In this document: piece after piece, positions 1-9,491 of the stretch
Numbering within the stretch: position 1 is the first letter of the stretch
Layout of the letters: each line of letters starts with the position of its first letter
Virus record (IMG/VR): IMGVR_UViG_3300027730_000009
Location: 27,974-91,973 of that record
DNA length: 64,000 bases
Source: a virus
Reading direction: 5' to 3' (one strand)
Position numbers and translations under genes: made by a program
Notes under the pieces: model-generated
What the model saw: only the letters and a program-made list of their open reading frames with translations
Told to the model about the DNA's origin: nothing
Database searches by the model: none

Positions 1-18
1 TTCATATTTATAATTACT

Positions 19-366
19 ATGAGGTTAAAAATAGGGGATAATATCTTTAATGTAAAAGTTGTTACAAGTAATTTTGACAAAGCTCAAGGAATGATGAACA
101 GAACTTTCACTGATGAGTTCAACGGAATGTTATTTGTTATGGATGAAGACACCAGTTGTTTTTGGATGAAGAACTGTATAATCCCCTTAGACATAATCTT
201 TATTGAAGGAACAACGATAACTAAAGTACATCACAATTGCCAGCCTTGTAAGGATGAAGATTGTGATAGTTATTGCGGTAGAGGAAGATTAGTTCTTGAA
301 ATTCAAGGTGGTTCCGCAAATGAGCTTGACATAAAAAAAGGGGACCAAGTAAAACTTTTACTTTAG
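19..366 (+). CDS. DUF192 family protein
   Basis: GMMNR..GMLFV..FWMKNCIIPLDIIFI..VLEIQGG motifs typical of DUF192. Confidence 0.85.
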   Translation: MRLKIGDNIFNVKVVTSNFDKAQGMMNRTFTDEFNGMLFVMDEDTSCFWMKNCIIPLDIIFIEGTTITKVHHNCQPCKDEDCDSYCGRGRLVLEIQGGSANELDIKKGDQVKLLL

Positions 367-393
367 TCCCCATTTAATTTTAATTGGTTTTTA

Positions 394-783
394 TCAGAAC
401 AAACCAAGTTTGGATAACCATCTTTCGAAAAAGTTACCTCTGATACCTAACTCAACCATTTTTTCATAAACACTCGGTCCAGGAATTCCATCCACATCGA
501 GTTTCTCCATTTTTTGGAATTTCTTAAGTGCCTCAACCGTTGAAGGTCCCCACCTTTCATCAACAACTATTTTTGTTGGTATTTTTTTCATCTTAAAATA
601 TTCATTCAAAGCATTTTGAATTTCACGAACATCTCCCGATGATAGTTGATAACTTGAAAGTTGTTCATTGACCTTATTTTTTAAGTCTTTGACTTTCATT
701 TCTACAACCACTTCTTGTTCTTTAATCACATTGTCGATAATACGAGATAGTGCCTTTTCGGTGATACGGATATTTTTTTTCAT
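394..783 (-). CDS. Peptidoglycan-binding domain protein with N-terminal IIDNVIKEQ leader
   Basis: VREIQNAL..VDERWGPSTVEALKKFQK..L.VDGIPGP matches PG_binding_1. Confidence 0.75.
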   Translation of the reverse strand: MKKNIRITEKALSRIIDNVIKEQEVVVEMKVKDLKNKVNEQLSSYQLSSGDVREIQNALNEYFKMKKIPTKIVVDERWGPSTVEALKKFQKMEKLDVDGIPGPSVYEKMVELGIRGNFFERWLSKLGLF

Positions 784-1148
784 TCTAAAGTGAATAAGTA
801 TTTTCCTCTGTTTATTAACGCAACCATCTCATCTCTTAGGTTTAACAAATCTGTGTCAAGGGTTGGGTCATAGATTTCATCAAAAGACAATAGGAAGTTT
901 ACCGAGTCATCAACAAACTCTTGTAAAGACATCTGTGATAAATCTTCAATCTCTAAACTCAAACCTCCAAGATATTCGGGTCTTCCGTGTTTTCCCATAC
1001 ATACTTCAGCAAATTCATCAACTAAATTAACAAGTGCTTCGTATATCTTACCATAAGCCTTGTGTTTTGCATAGGAGAATGTCTGCCAATGCATAAATCT
1101 AAATTGCATTTGAATTTGGACTAACTTGGCTATAACTTCACTGTTCAT
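780..1148 (-). CDS. Ferritin/Dps-like four-helix protein (DUF5856-like)
   Basis: HWQT.SYA.HKA..D.F.E..G and LLNLRDEM..KYL.TL motifs. Confidence 0.7.
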   Translation of the reverse strand: MNSEVIAKLVQIQMQFRFMHWQTFSYAKHKAYGKIYEALVNLVDEFAEVCMGKHGRPEYLGGLSLEIEDLSQMSLQEFVDDSVNFLLSFDEIYDPTLDTDLLNLRDEMVALINRGKYLFTLE

Positions 1149-1181
1149 AAAAATTCTTTTATTATAAATACCTGAGATAAG

Positions 1182-1213
1182 AAAAAACCCCCACTTTTGG
1201 TGAGGGTCTTTCT
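1182..1213 (-). terminator. Probable intrinsic terminator
   Basis: Imperfect hairpin ACCCCCAC-tttg-GTGAGGGT flanked by A run and T-rich tract. Confidence 0.5.
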
Positions 1214-1339
1214 TTATTCTGATTGAGTCGAGAGTTTCTGAGCCTCTTGAATCATTAGGTCGGTACTGCCGTTGTATTTACAAGGGCAAGTAGGACGACC
1301 ATGTTCCTTAAGAATTTGTTTTGCTTGTTCGAGTGTCAT
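1214..1339 (-). CDS. 41-aa small protein with CPC motif (not in ORF track)
   Basis: Hand translation MTLEQAKQILKEHGRPTCPCKYNGSTDLMIQEAQKLSTQSE; TATTTAT motif just upstream, hairpin downstream. Confidence 0.6.
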   Translation of the reverse strand: MTLEQAKQILKEHGRPTCPCKYNGSTDLMIQEAQKLSTQSE

Positions 1340-1396
1340 GTTTATAAATATTACAAAAATATAGACAATAAAAATAATTTGAAAATATAAATCAGT

Positions 1397-1792
1397 TTAT
1401 TCCTTGTTGCAAATATAAAACCAAACCAAATCATTGTATTCGACCGCCAAAGTAATCAGAGCAGCATATCTTTCATCAAAGTGCATGGCAACATAACAAC
1501 TCTTACCATCAGAATCTTTACACAACCATCTTGATGTTCCAACAGACGCATCGACAGCGTTAACCACATGGTAATTCTGAGTTGTTTTACTATAAATAAC
1601 AACCTTAGTTTGGTGAAGTTCAACCAAGATGTTGACCTCCTTACTGTCAATAATCCACTCTGTGACTGGACTGTTTTCATCTTGTCTTACACCCATTGAA
1701 GCGTTTTGTGCTCTGAGGTAAGTAATCTTAGTTTCCTGAGAAAATAAACTTGTGAAGGACACAAGCAAAAATAAAAGTAATAGTTTTTTCAT
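1397..1792 (-). CDS. Secreted hypothetical protein
   Basis: Start reassigned to MKKLLLLFLLVSFTSLFSQ (signal peptide); TATTTAT at 1799-1805. Confidence 0.65.
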   Translation of the reverse strand: MKKLLLLFLLVSFTSLFSQETKITYLRAQNASMGVRQDENSPVTEWIIDSKEVNILVELHQTKVVIYSKTTQNYHVVNAVDASVGTSRWLCKDSDGKSCYVAMHFDERYAALITLAVEYNDLVWFYICNKE

Positions 1793-1884
1793 TATCAAAT
1801 AAATAGATAATTGAAACCTAATAAAAAAACCCCACTCTTTCAAGGGGGGTCAAATTATTTTTTAAGCGGTCTAAGTTGTCTACT

Positions 1885-2286
1885 TTAAATTAATTTAATT
1901 TCAAACCTGTTTTTCATTTGTTCTAACTTTTCTTCAGGTACTCCATGTTCGTTGACACCACCATGGCGGTTTTCCACAATCAAGGAATGAACACGATACC
2001 CATATTTTTCAGCCAACTTGTGGTAATATTCCATTTCCCACTCTTGGGTGAAAGTGTTTGATACAACAACAGGTGAATGTTCGTAATTAAACAAAAGCTC
2101 AACTTCGTTTTGACACCACATGTGTGCAAGTTTGATTTCAGATGGGTTGAACTTATAGTTCCCTTCCCTATCAACAAAATACATGTCAGTTTCTTTGTGA
2201 CAATAGTCTTTGTTCCCCACAATCATTTTAGCAATTGTTGATTTACCCGAGTTTGGTAATCCTCTCAAGAGATATAGTTCTTTCAT
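1885..2286 (-). CDS. AAA_33 / polynucleotide kinase-like P-loop protein
   Basis: Walker A GLPNSGKST; VVVSNTF; HGVPEE C-terminal motif. Confidence 0.75.
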   Translation of the reverse strand: MKELYLLRGLPNSGKSTIAKMIVGNKDYCHKETDMYFVDREGNYKFNPSEIKLAHMWCQNEVELLFNYEHSPVVVSNTFTQEWEMEYYHKLAEKYGYRVHSLIVENRHGGVNEHGVPEEKLEQMKNRFEIKLI

Positions 2287-2287
2287 T

Positions 2288-2935
2288 TTACAGTCGTTTT
2301 TCGTGGTGGTCTTTTGGTAGGGTCAATTTTCTGTGAAGACGGTCCTTCATAATGTTACGGATTTCCTCAAAAGAAATTGGGTAAAGGTCATTTCCGTCCA
2401 CACCAACATCCATTGCTCGTCCTTCGTTGATACGAAGGTTAGGTGGAAGGTGAACATGACCATGAAGGTGAGCAACACCGTCATTCATACCATCCCAAGA
2501 TGCAATCGGATAGTGCATACACACCATAGAATATTTCAGAACCTCTTTACCGATTGGTTTGCGAATATCCAAGTGAAGGTAGTCCTGACAAGATGAAAAA
2601 ATATCTTGGATATCTCCTTTGTTTCGACGGATGTGATGGTCGTGGTTTCCGAAGGTCAGGTGAATGTTCTTACAAAGAATCCGACTACGAAACTCAGCGA
2701 TGGATTCAAAACCGCCAAACGACCAGTCACCCAAGTGAATCAAAATATCGTCCTCACCTACCATCTCATTGATTCGGTTTACCAAAGTATCGTTCATGTG
2801 GTTTAAGGACTTATAATCACGGGTCAGGTTTTCAGCACCCACCCAATTGGTAGTAGCACGACAAATGTTTCCGTGGTTATAGTGAGTGTCTGATGTGAAA
2901 AACAGACCTTGCCCTTTTTCCAATACAATTTTCAT
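2288..2935 (-). CDS. Calcineurin-like metallophosphoesterase
   Basis: DTH, GD, GNHD, HYP, HGHVH, DVGVD motifs. Confidence 0.85.
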   Translation of the reverse strand: MKIVLEKGQGLFFTSDTHYNHGNICRATTNWVGAENLTRDYKSLNHMNDTLVNRINEMVGEDDILIHLGDWSFGGFESIAEFRSRILCKNIHLTFGNHDHHIRRNKGDIQDIFSSCQDYLHLDIRKPIGKEVLKYSMVCMHYPIASWDGMNDGVAHLHGHVHLPPNLRINEGRAMDVGVDGNDLYPISFEEIRNIMKDRLHRKLTLPKDHHEKRL

Positions 2936-2956
2936 AAGACAAAGATATAAAATATT

Positions 2957-4033
2957 TTACAACTTACGAAACTCAGGTTTGATTAATTTCCAAATGATTG
3001 GTTCTACATCCTTACCACCCAACATGGCAAATAAGATTGCTGGATGTTTAAACATTCGTGCACTTAGTGCAAAAAACTTTCGTATCCCCAATCCTTTTAT
3101 TGAATCAAAGTGGTTTTGGTATTCCTCCTCAAGTTGGTTGAACTGAATAATCAATTCTTTCTCATACTCTTTGATTTTGCGGTAGAATTCATCAGGAACA
3201 TGAGTTAAAATACTATCCATACTACCACCCGATGACAATACCTCCCAAACCGCAGTGGTTGAAAGATTGGTCATGACCTTGTGGAGACGAACATATTCTT
3301 CAAACTTGATTTTCATCCTGAAGTTACCAGGTTGGAATCTAAGGACAAAACCTTCTTTATTGGTCTCGTTCTTTTCTTTCAACGACTTGTATAACTCATC
3401 AGAGAAATTGAAATGTTGTTCGGTTTTAACCAAATCATCTTCTTCAACACCGTTAGCATGTAGAACCATCTTTGCGGTAGTCCAGTGTAGTTCGGTGTCG
3501 TCCGTTGGTTCCCATTTCCAACTCTCATTCAAAACCACGGATAAGAACACAATTTTTTCTTCATCGTATCGAACAACAATTCGATTCGCTTCATAAATTA
3601 TCTCCACTAAGTAGGCATATTCTTTTGACCATGAAGCCAAAAAATACTTTGATTTAACAATCTCAAGACCTTTGATTGCTTGTTCAGAAGCAAATGAACC
3701 ACGGGTTGCCATAATCCATTGGTCTTCGTAGTTGAACAAAATACCCAAAGACCCATCCATCTTTTCTTGGATGTAAACATAATCGCCCTTGGAAGGGATT
3801 ACTTCCTTACCAATAACCTCCTCGTAGTTAAAGAATTTTTTAAAGGGGCGAACCAATATTTTACCAGTGGTATTCTCAGTTATAAGACCTCTACATTGCA
3901 CCGTAACCTCGTCCCACAACCCTTCGTACTGAACTTTCTCGGTGTAGTTCCATATAGTCAATGGAAGGGTGGGATGAGTTTGTTTGTACAACAACCCATC
4001 TTCATAATAACGATTAAGCGTCTCAATAGTCAT
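2957..4033 (-). CDS. RNA ligase (T4 Rnl1-like)
   Basis: KKFFN, motif I EKMDGSL, TRGSF, motif IV EGFVL, motif V RMKIK. Confidence 0.85.
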   Translation of the reverse strand: MTIETLNRYYEDGLLYKQTHPTLPLTIWNYTEKVQYEGLWDEVTVQCRGLITENTTGKILVRPFKKFFNYEEVIGKEVIPSKGDYVYIQEKMDGSLGILFNYEDQWIMATRGSFASEQAIKGLEIVKSKYFLASWSKEYAYLVEIIYEANRIVVRYDEEKIVFLSVVLNESWKWEPTDDTELHWTTAKMVLHANGVEEDDLVKTEQHFNFSDELYKSLKEKNETNKEGFVLRFQPGNFRMKIKFEEYVRLHKVMTNLSTTAVWEVLSSGGSMDSILTHVPDEFYRKIKEYEKELIIQFNQLEEEYQNHFDSIKGLGIRKFFALSARMFKHPAILFAMLGGKDVEPIIWKLIKPEFRKL

Positions 4034-4046
4034 TTAACAAACATAA

Positions 4047-4667
4047 TCAATTTAAACTATTTGGAATATACAAAATCGTCGGATTTTTTTTCTGAACATC
4101 TACCTCAGGATAACGCTCTTTAAACTTTTGTAGATTAAAGGGTGAGGCAATAATATGAAACCCAACCCTAGTTGGGATGAAAGTCATCTCAACTTCTTTA
4201 CCAGTTTCACTTTGCAGTTCACTAATATACCGACGCATTTCTTTATAAAAAGGTGCATGAGCAAAACCATCAATTGATATTCCATCGATATCGATAACCC
4301 ATCGCTTTTCCAAAGTTTTCAATTGACCCACAACAGAATCAAATAAATGTTGCTGGCGATGCTGACCGTTACGAATACGCTCAGCCAAAGCAACTAACAT
4401 GTTCAACGACACATCGTGGTGACTTTGCTTTTGAACATGAATGTATGCCCTGGCTTTGAACATCTCACAAAGTTCTTTAATCTCTTCATACCTCTTTTCG
4501 AGATACTCAACACTTTCAATACAGTAGGTCTTTATCGTTCTAACTGATTGATGATTTGACTTATCAGTGGTTTGGTCTTTCTTACGCTTCAAAACATAAA
4601 GCATGTAAAAGTCCCCCTCCTTTTCGAAGTTAAGCAGAGACTTGATTTGATGTAGGTTGTCAATCAT
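4047..4667 (-). CDS. Hypothetical protein with AEP-like motifs
   Basis: WVIDID and PTRVGFHII resemble primase-polymerase motifs I and II. Confidence 0.4.
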   Translation of the reverse strand: MIDNLHQIKSLLNFEKEGDFYMLYVLKRKKDQTTDKSNHQSVRTIKTYCIESVEYLEKRYEEIKELCEMFKARAYIHVQKQSHHDVSLNMLVALAERIRNGQHRQQHLFDSVVGQLKTLEKRWVIDIDGISIDGFAHAPFYKEMRRYISELQSETGKEVEMTFIPTRVGFHIIASPFNLQKFKERYPEVDVQKKNPTILYIPNSLN

Positions 4668-4751
4668 ATAAACAAAGATACTAAAAAGTTTCGAAATAAA
4701 AAAACCCCCACCTTTACAGATAGAGGTCTCTCATGAAATTAAAAACTCAAC

Positions 4752-5072
4752 TTATTCGATTTCGCTAATGTGGGTTAATTCTTTGGGACATTCCACCGAC
4801 TGTAAAAGCCCGATGTAAAGGGGGATGTACTTCCGATTGATATAGTCAGCCCGTGATACGGCAAGTTGTAGGTTGTTTTCCACCACAGCTTGAACAAAAC
4901 TACCACCGGGGTATCCTATGTTCCATTTGGTACAAAGTATACTTTCTGCGATGTTTAAAATGTGTTGGTATTCATCATCCGTGGGTGTGAATCCGTGGGT
5001 GAGGAACATTTCCCGAGCACAGTAGTCTTCAACCAACTGTCGAACTGTTTCGATTTGTTGAGTTTTGGTCAT
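4752..5072 (-). CDS. Hypothetical phage protein
   Basis: Intact ORF behind a perfect Bacteroidota-type promoter. Confidence 0.6.
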   Translation of the reverse strand: MTKTQQIETVRQLVEDYCAREMFLTHGFTPTDDEYQHILNIAESILCTKWNIGYPGGSFVQAVVENNLQLAVSRADYINRKYIPLYIGLLQSVECPKELTHISEIE

Positions 5073-5099
5073 GTTTTTAGTTTTTATTAATCAACAAGA

Positions 5100-5131
5100 C
5101 AAACCTACAACAAAATTTCTATTCCGCCAAA
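5100..5131 (-). promoter_or_regulatory. Bacteroidota sigmaA-type promoter TTTG-N20-TAGGTTTG
   Basis: Exact -33/-7 consensus and spacing upstream of 5072. Confidence 0.7.
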
Positions 5132-5997
5132 TCTTTTTCAAAATTAATTTTTTGTTGTTTTTTCTCATCAATAAACCCCTGAACTCTCTTTCGAGCAACT
5201 TCGGTGTAGTTGGGTGACAATTCAATTCCAATCCAACGACGGTCTAATACTTCTGCGGCGACCAAACTAGTTCCACTACCAGCAAATGGGTCCAATACAA
5301 CATCATTCTTGTAAGTCAGAATTTTAATTGCTTTGGTTGGGATGTCCATTGAGAAAGTAGCTTTGGTCATACTCTTGGTATCGGCAAAATAATTCCACTG
5401 TCCAAATACCAAGTCAATGAATTCTCTTTTTTGGTCTTCAGTATAAACCTTTTTTTGTTTGGTAACACCATTCTCATCTTCAACATCAATCCATTCGTTT
5501 GTCCATTGAGGTTTACCCTTAATTTTTTTAATGTGTTCTTTCTTGTAAGCTAAGATAACACACTCTTTCGGGTTGTAGATGTAAGGTGAACTTGGGCTCA
5601 TCCAACTTCCCCATGCGGTGGTACGGCTACGGTGTGGTGACTCTTCTTCCAAATCAACGATTCCGAAGAATTTGTATCCGATTTGTTTCATAATCTGCCA
5701 AATTTCACTAACCATAAAAATTCTTCCACCCTTATTTTGCCGATTAATTTCATAAGGAATATTCAAAGCAATCCTTCCATCATCTTTTAAAACACGGAAA
5801 GCTTCAGTCATCCACTTTTTTGTGAATTCAAAATATTCTTCGGGTGTCATATCATCATCATGTACATCGTATTCAATACCAACCCCATATGGACAACTTG
5901 TAACAATCAAATCAACACAGGATTCAGGAAGGGTTTTCATTTCTTCAATACAATCTCCATTAATTATTGTACCGATAGTGTTTTCTAAATTTCTCAT
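5119..5997 (-). CDS. N4/N6 DNA methyltransferase, beta class, with variant SCPY motif
   Basis: GDC..DLIVTSCPY near N terminus; VVLDPFAGSGTS..GIEL near C terminus. Confidence 0.85.
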   Translation of the reverse strand: MRNLENTIGTIINGDCIEEMKTLPESCVDLIVTSCPYGVGIEYDVHDDDMTPEEYFEFTKKWMTEAFRVLKDDGRIALNIPYEINRQNKGGRIFMVSEIWQIMKQIGYKFFGIVDLEEESPHRSRTTAWGSWMSPSSPYIYNPKECVILAYKKEHIKKIKGKPQWTNEWIDVEDENGVTKQKKVYTEDQKREFIDLVFGQWNYFADTKSMTKATFSMDIPTKAIKILTYKNDVVLDPFAGSGTSLVAAEVLDRRWIGIELSPNYTEVARKRVQGFIDEKKQQKINFEKDLAE

Positions 5998-6760
5998 AGT
6001 TTTGTTTTTTTCTTTCTAAACATATTTTACAATCTGAGTAAATGTAATTATAAAAATTTACATTATCCAATTTGTTTTGTATTTGTAATCTAATTTTATC
6101 ATAAAGATTTATATTAATATTATTTCTCTTTAACTCTTCAACAACAAACTTTTGAAATTTTTCAGACGCTGAGACAATACTTGTGCAGTTTTTACTTTTT
6201 GTTGGATTGAAAGTGAATGACCCATCACCATCAAAATATCCTCTAATGAAATGTCTTTTGAGATTATTTTCAATGTTAGGGGAATCAATTGTAAATGTTT
6301 TTCGTGAGTGAATACCTTGTTTTTTTATTGAGTTTACCAATTTTTGTGAGTAAATTGCTAAGTGAACCATGTGAGACTTTGAAATCCCATCCTTGTATTT
6401 TACAGAATTATAACCCTCAACTATGAGATGATTTGATTTCAAATGTTCTCTAAAAAGTTCTAAATGTTCAACATCCTTATAAGACAATTTTAATTCGAGC
6501 GAACACCCTGAAGACCTCTCCCGAATATAACCATCCGCAAATAAAAAACCTAACCAGTATGCTTTCTCTTCGGAGTCAATTTTGTCAAAATAAGTTTCAT
6601 CAACTTTATAACGCCGATTATCCAATTCAATACCATGATTTTTCAATATTCGTCTAATTGGCGAAATTGACACACCGAAAAATTGTGAAACTTTATGAAT
6701 ACTTCTAAACTCTCTGTATTTGGACAGAACTTCTTGTTCATTCAATAATAACTTCTCCAC
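5960..6760 (-). mobile_element. Free-standing LAGLIDADG homing endonuclease
   Basis: Two motifs YWLGFLFADG and HFIRGYFDGDG; N-terminal HTH-like segment; overlaps methyltransferase start. Confidence 0.8.
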
Positions 6761-6801
6761 ACTAATAAATATGACTAAAAATCTAAAAAATTGGATTTAT
6801 T

Positions 6802-6969
6802 TCATTTTCTAAGTTCATTAATTAATCCAAATACAAAAACAAGTAATATCAGTGGCCAACCAAGGACCACCAATATTATTTCAGTAAATTCAACTTCTTG
6901 TTGAGTTACAATCATAACATAATGGAATAACATTCCAAATATCGAACCCCAAAGAAGATATAAAATCAT
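6802..6969 (-). CDS. 55-aa two-TM membrane protein (not in ORF track)
   Basis: Hand translation MILYLLWGSIFG...GWPLILLVFVFGLINELRK; ATGA overlap with upstream gene. Confidence 0.55.
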   Translation of the reverse strand: MILYLLWGSIFGMLFHYVMIVTQQEVEFTEIILVVLGWPLILLVFVFGLINELRK

Positions 6970-7205
6970 CGATTAGATTCCAAAAGTTGAATTTTTCTCT
7001 CTAAATACCAAAGAGCCTTTTTCAAGTCTTGGATTTCTTTGTCAGTTCCTTTTTTACCCGCCCGAGCGATGTACTTAAAAGTATTACCGAGATGGAAATC
7101 CATCTCAAGGGCTTCAATGACTTTAATAACTTCATAAGTATTCGAGGCACCTCCGTAATGTTGAGGATGATTTACATATTCGTGGTTCGTGGTATGCTCA
7201 GACAT
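6966..7205 (-). CDS. DUF3310 family protein
   Basis: VNHPQHY..GN.FKY..RAGKK..DLKKALWYL. Confidence 0.85.
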   Translation of the reverse strand: MSEHTTNHEYVNHPQHYGGASNTYEVIKVIEALEMDFHLGNTFKYIARAGKKGTDKEIQDLKKALWYLERKIQLLESNR

Positions 7206-7206
7206 T

Positions 7207-7836
7207 TTACTTCAGTTTTACTATAGGGCAATGATAGGTCTTCCATTCAGGATGCCAATAGAATCCTCCGTTTGCAGTTTGTTTATCTGGTCCGTCAATA
7301 TGATTCAACTCAATAGTTTCGAAGTCAATTTGACAGATAGGTGACAAAATGTCATATTCTTCTTGAGACATATGTAATCCTTTCTCGTCACCACGAGGAT
7401 TATTAAAGAATGAAAGGACACCCCCCTCTTTAAGCATGTTAGGTGTATTCTTCAAGAAGTCCCAAATCTGTTCATCCCAAGTGTCGATGTAGATACCATC
7501 AAACTTAGGTAAGTATTTAAGAAACCACTGCCAGTCTCCGTGTAGAATTTTTACATTGGATTTAAGGTGCCACCCGTCATCCATCATTTTAGTAAAGACA
7601 TCTAAGTGGGGTTCAATAATCCAATGTTCGGTGTTGGGATATTTTTCAATTTCAGTGTCAATAATTCCCATTCCGAATCCTACATTGAGAACTCGTCCAC
7701 CATTTTGGGTAATGACCTTTGCCGCTTGTTCCATAATTGGGCGTTCCCAATCCATCATTACCGCTTGTCCTGTTTCGTCCATTAACCTACCATCTTCAGT
7801 ATAGGTTAGAGTTTGTTGGATATAGGGTTTACTCAT
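7207..7836 (-). CDS. Rmt2/GAMT-like SAM-dependent methyltransferase
   Basis: AVMMDWERPIM, VLNVGFGMGIIDT, HWIIEPH, GDWQ, FDGIYIDT. Confidence 0.75.
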   Translation of the reverse strand: MSKPYIQQTLTYTEDGRLMDETGQAVMMDWERPIMEQAAKVITQNGGRVLNVGFGMGIIDTEIEKYPNTEHWIIEPHLDVFTKMMDDGWHLKSNVKILHGDWQWFLKYLPKFDGIYIDTWDEQIWDFLKNTPNMLKEGGVLSFFNNPRGDEKGLHMSQEEYDILSPICQIDFETIELNHIDGPDKQTANGGFYWHPEWKTYHCPIVKLK

Positions 7837-7858
7837 TATTAGAAAAATAATTTAATCT

Positions 7859-8053
7859 TTATAGTAATTCAAAATAAAATTTGCCCAACTTGAGGGACTT
7901 CTTTAATCTGTTTCTAACAGAAAACAAAGGTTGTGTTGTAACGGATATTCCTCGACCGAAAAATCTTATCCAAGCAGTTCCTTTGGATAAAGAAAAAGCA
8001 AAGATAGGTAAACGAAAAATTCTTAGCGAAACCGCCCAATGGTGTCTGTTCAT
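7859..8053 (-). CDS. Small basic hypothetical protein
   Basis: Fills operon gap; start moved to MNRHHW to avoid overlap. Confidence 0.4.
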   Translation of the reverse strand: MNRHHWAVSLRIFRLPIFAFSLSKGTAWIRFFGRGISVTTQPLFSVRNRLKKSLKLGKFYFELL

Positions 8054-8057
8054 CACC

Positions 8058-8252
8058 CTATGTAGTTTTACGAACATAATACTCCTTTCCCATCGGACTT
8101 TCTTCGACCATATCATCCTCGATTAACTTTTTCATTACTCTGTTGGTCACATCGTATTCTTGTTTGAGAATGTAACGAGCGATGTAACTAATATGAACAG
8201 GCTGACTAAGTTTGCTCATTAGAGTCTTGAGGGTGATTTGGTCGATTTCCAT
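8058..8252 (-). CDS. Small hypothetical protein (possible winged helix)
   Basis: Coupled ORF in operon. Confidence 0.5.
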   Translation of the reverse strand: MEIDQITLKTLMSKLSQPVHISYIARYILKQEYDVTNRVMKKLIEDDMVEESPMGKEYYVRKTT

Positions 8253-8464
8253 TAGTCTTGTTTATTGGTTTTTTTCTTCTTCTTTGGTTTTTCTTCCACA
8301 ACGGGAAGTATCTGAGTTCCACGGACTTCTTTTTTCCACTCTGACTTGGGCACGAACTCCCACACCCCTGTTGAAACCTTAAGGTCAGCTTCGAAGTCCT
8401 CCACACGGACAATATCCCCCACCTTATAGGTGTTGTTAAGTTTGGTTGATTTAATACACTTCAT
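8252..8464 (-). CDS. Hypothetical protein
   Basis: TAATG coupling to the downstream ORF. Confidence 0.55.
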   Translation of the reverse strand: MKCIKSTKLNNTYKVGDIVRVEDFEADLKVSTGVWEFVPKSEWKKEVRGTQILPVVEEKPKKKKKTNKQD

Positions 8465-8472
8465 AAAAATTC

Positions 8473-8673
8473 TTATTTTATATCTTGCTTAAAGATATTA
8501 AACAATTCCACATCTGTCAAACCCATAATGTAACTTTCGTAAACTTTAAGGGTAAACTCATCATTAAAGAAAAGTGCATCGGCACTTCCAAAAAGTTTGG
8601 ACACCGATTTTTCATTAAGATACTTGATGGTTTGTTCTTTGGTTATAATCCGTTTGTTAAAAGACATAAACAA
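8473..8673 (-). CDS. Hypothetical protein
   Basis: Tightly packed ORF. Confidence 0.5.
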   Translation of the reverse strand: MFMSFNKRIITKEQTIKYLNEKSVSKLFGSADALFFNDEFTLKVYESYIMGLTDVELFNIFKQDIK

Positions 8674-8675
8674 TA

Positions 8676-9464
8676 TTACGAAATTAATTTGGAACTATCA
8701 AAGTGTTTAAAGTCTTTTAATGGTATACTTTGAGTAAGGTACCCCACAATCTTTCTCTTAATCATCGGAATAAGAGTTTCTTCCATCGGAAATTTATTGT
8801 TTGTTGTAATCTCAAACAACGGCAATTTTTCAATGTCTTCGACATTTTCCCACGATGACCTCTCCAAACAGATGTCAAATATTTTTAATCCTTGAGGGTC
8901 ACCCTCCCAAATTAAATCCATAATCATTTTGGTTTCCCCTTTGGTGGTTCGGTTTTTTTCAAACCTGAATTCCCAAACTAAAACTTTTTTTAAATCCTTT
9001 ATAGGGAAATAAACAAACCCCCGACCGCTATTGACAAACTTTTTGTTTTTCTTTAAAACAACATTGGTAGATTCGTAAACTATGTTCCAAATTGATTTAC
9101 CAACATTGAAGACATCTAAAAGTTTGTTTCCCGAATACATAATCGTTTTTTCAATTTCGGCAAATTCATCCTCTGTTAGACCAGTAATTCTTTTGGGATA
9201 TAGTTCCTTAAGAAGAATTTCATCATCAGGGGATTGGAACTTTTTATTAGTTAAAAGAAGTATTCTTTCCTTCATAAGGGACTGAAGGTTGGCTAAGTGT
9301 AAAGAGATTTCCACAAAGTCGGGGTAAATCTCAAAGTTATCGAAACTTTTTTCACACTTTTGAAGGTACCCTAACAAAGTATATTTGTTATATTCAAAGT
9401 CAATAGGCTGAGTGAACATCCACTCAGGGCTTAACTTAAAATGTTGGTTTTTTCCTCTTCCCAT
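8676..9464 (-). CDS. Conserved-looking hypothetical protein
   Basis: 262 aa ORF; IDFEYNKYTLLGYLQ and FPMEETLIP motifs. Confidence 0.65.
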   Translation of the reverse strand: MGRGKNQHFKLSPEWMFTQPIDFEYNKYTLLGYLQKCEKSFDNFEIYPDFVEISLHLANLQSLMKERILLLTNKKFQSPDDEILLKELYPKRITGLTEDEFAEIEKTIMYSGNKLLDVFNVGKSIWNIVYESTNVVLKKNKKFVNSGRGFVYFPIKDLKKVLVWEFRFEKNRTTKGETKMIMDLIWEGDPQGLKIFDICLERSSWENVEDIEKLPLFEITTNNKFPMEETLIPMIKRKIVGYLTQSIPLKDFKHFDSSKLIS

Positions 9465-9491
9465 TTTTTAAAAAATAACAAACTAATCTTT

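Noticed and set aside
5960-6760. Intein or group I intron origin for the LAGLIDADG ORF
   Set aside because: No splicing-domain termini, the flanking genes are intact, and there is no room for intron core structure.
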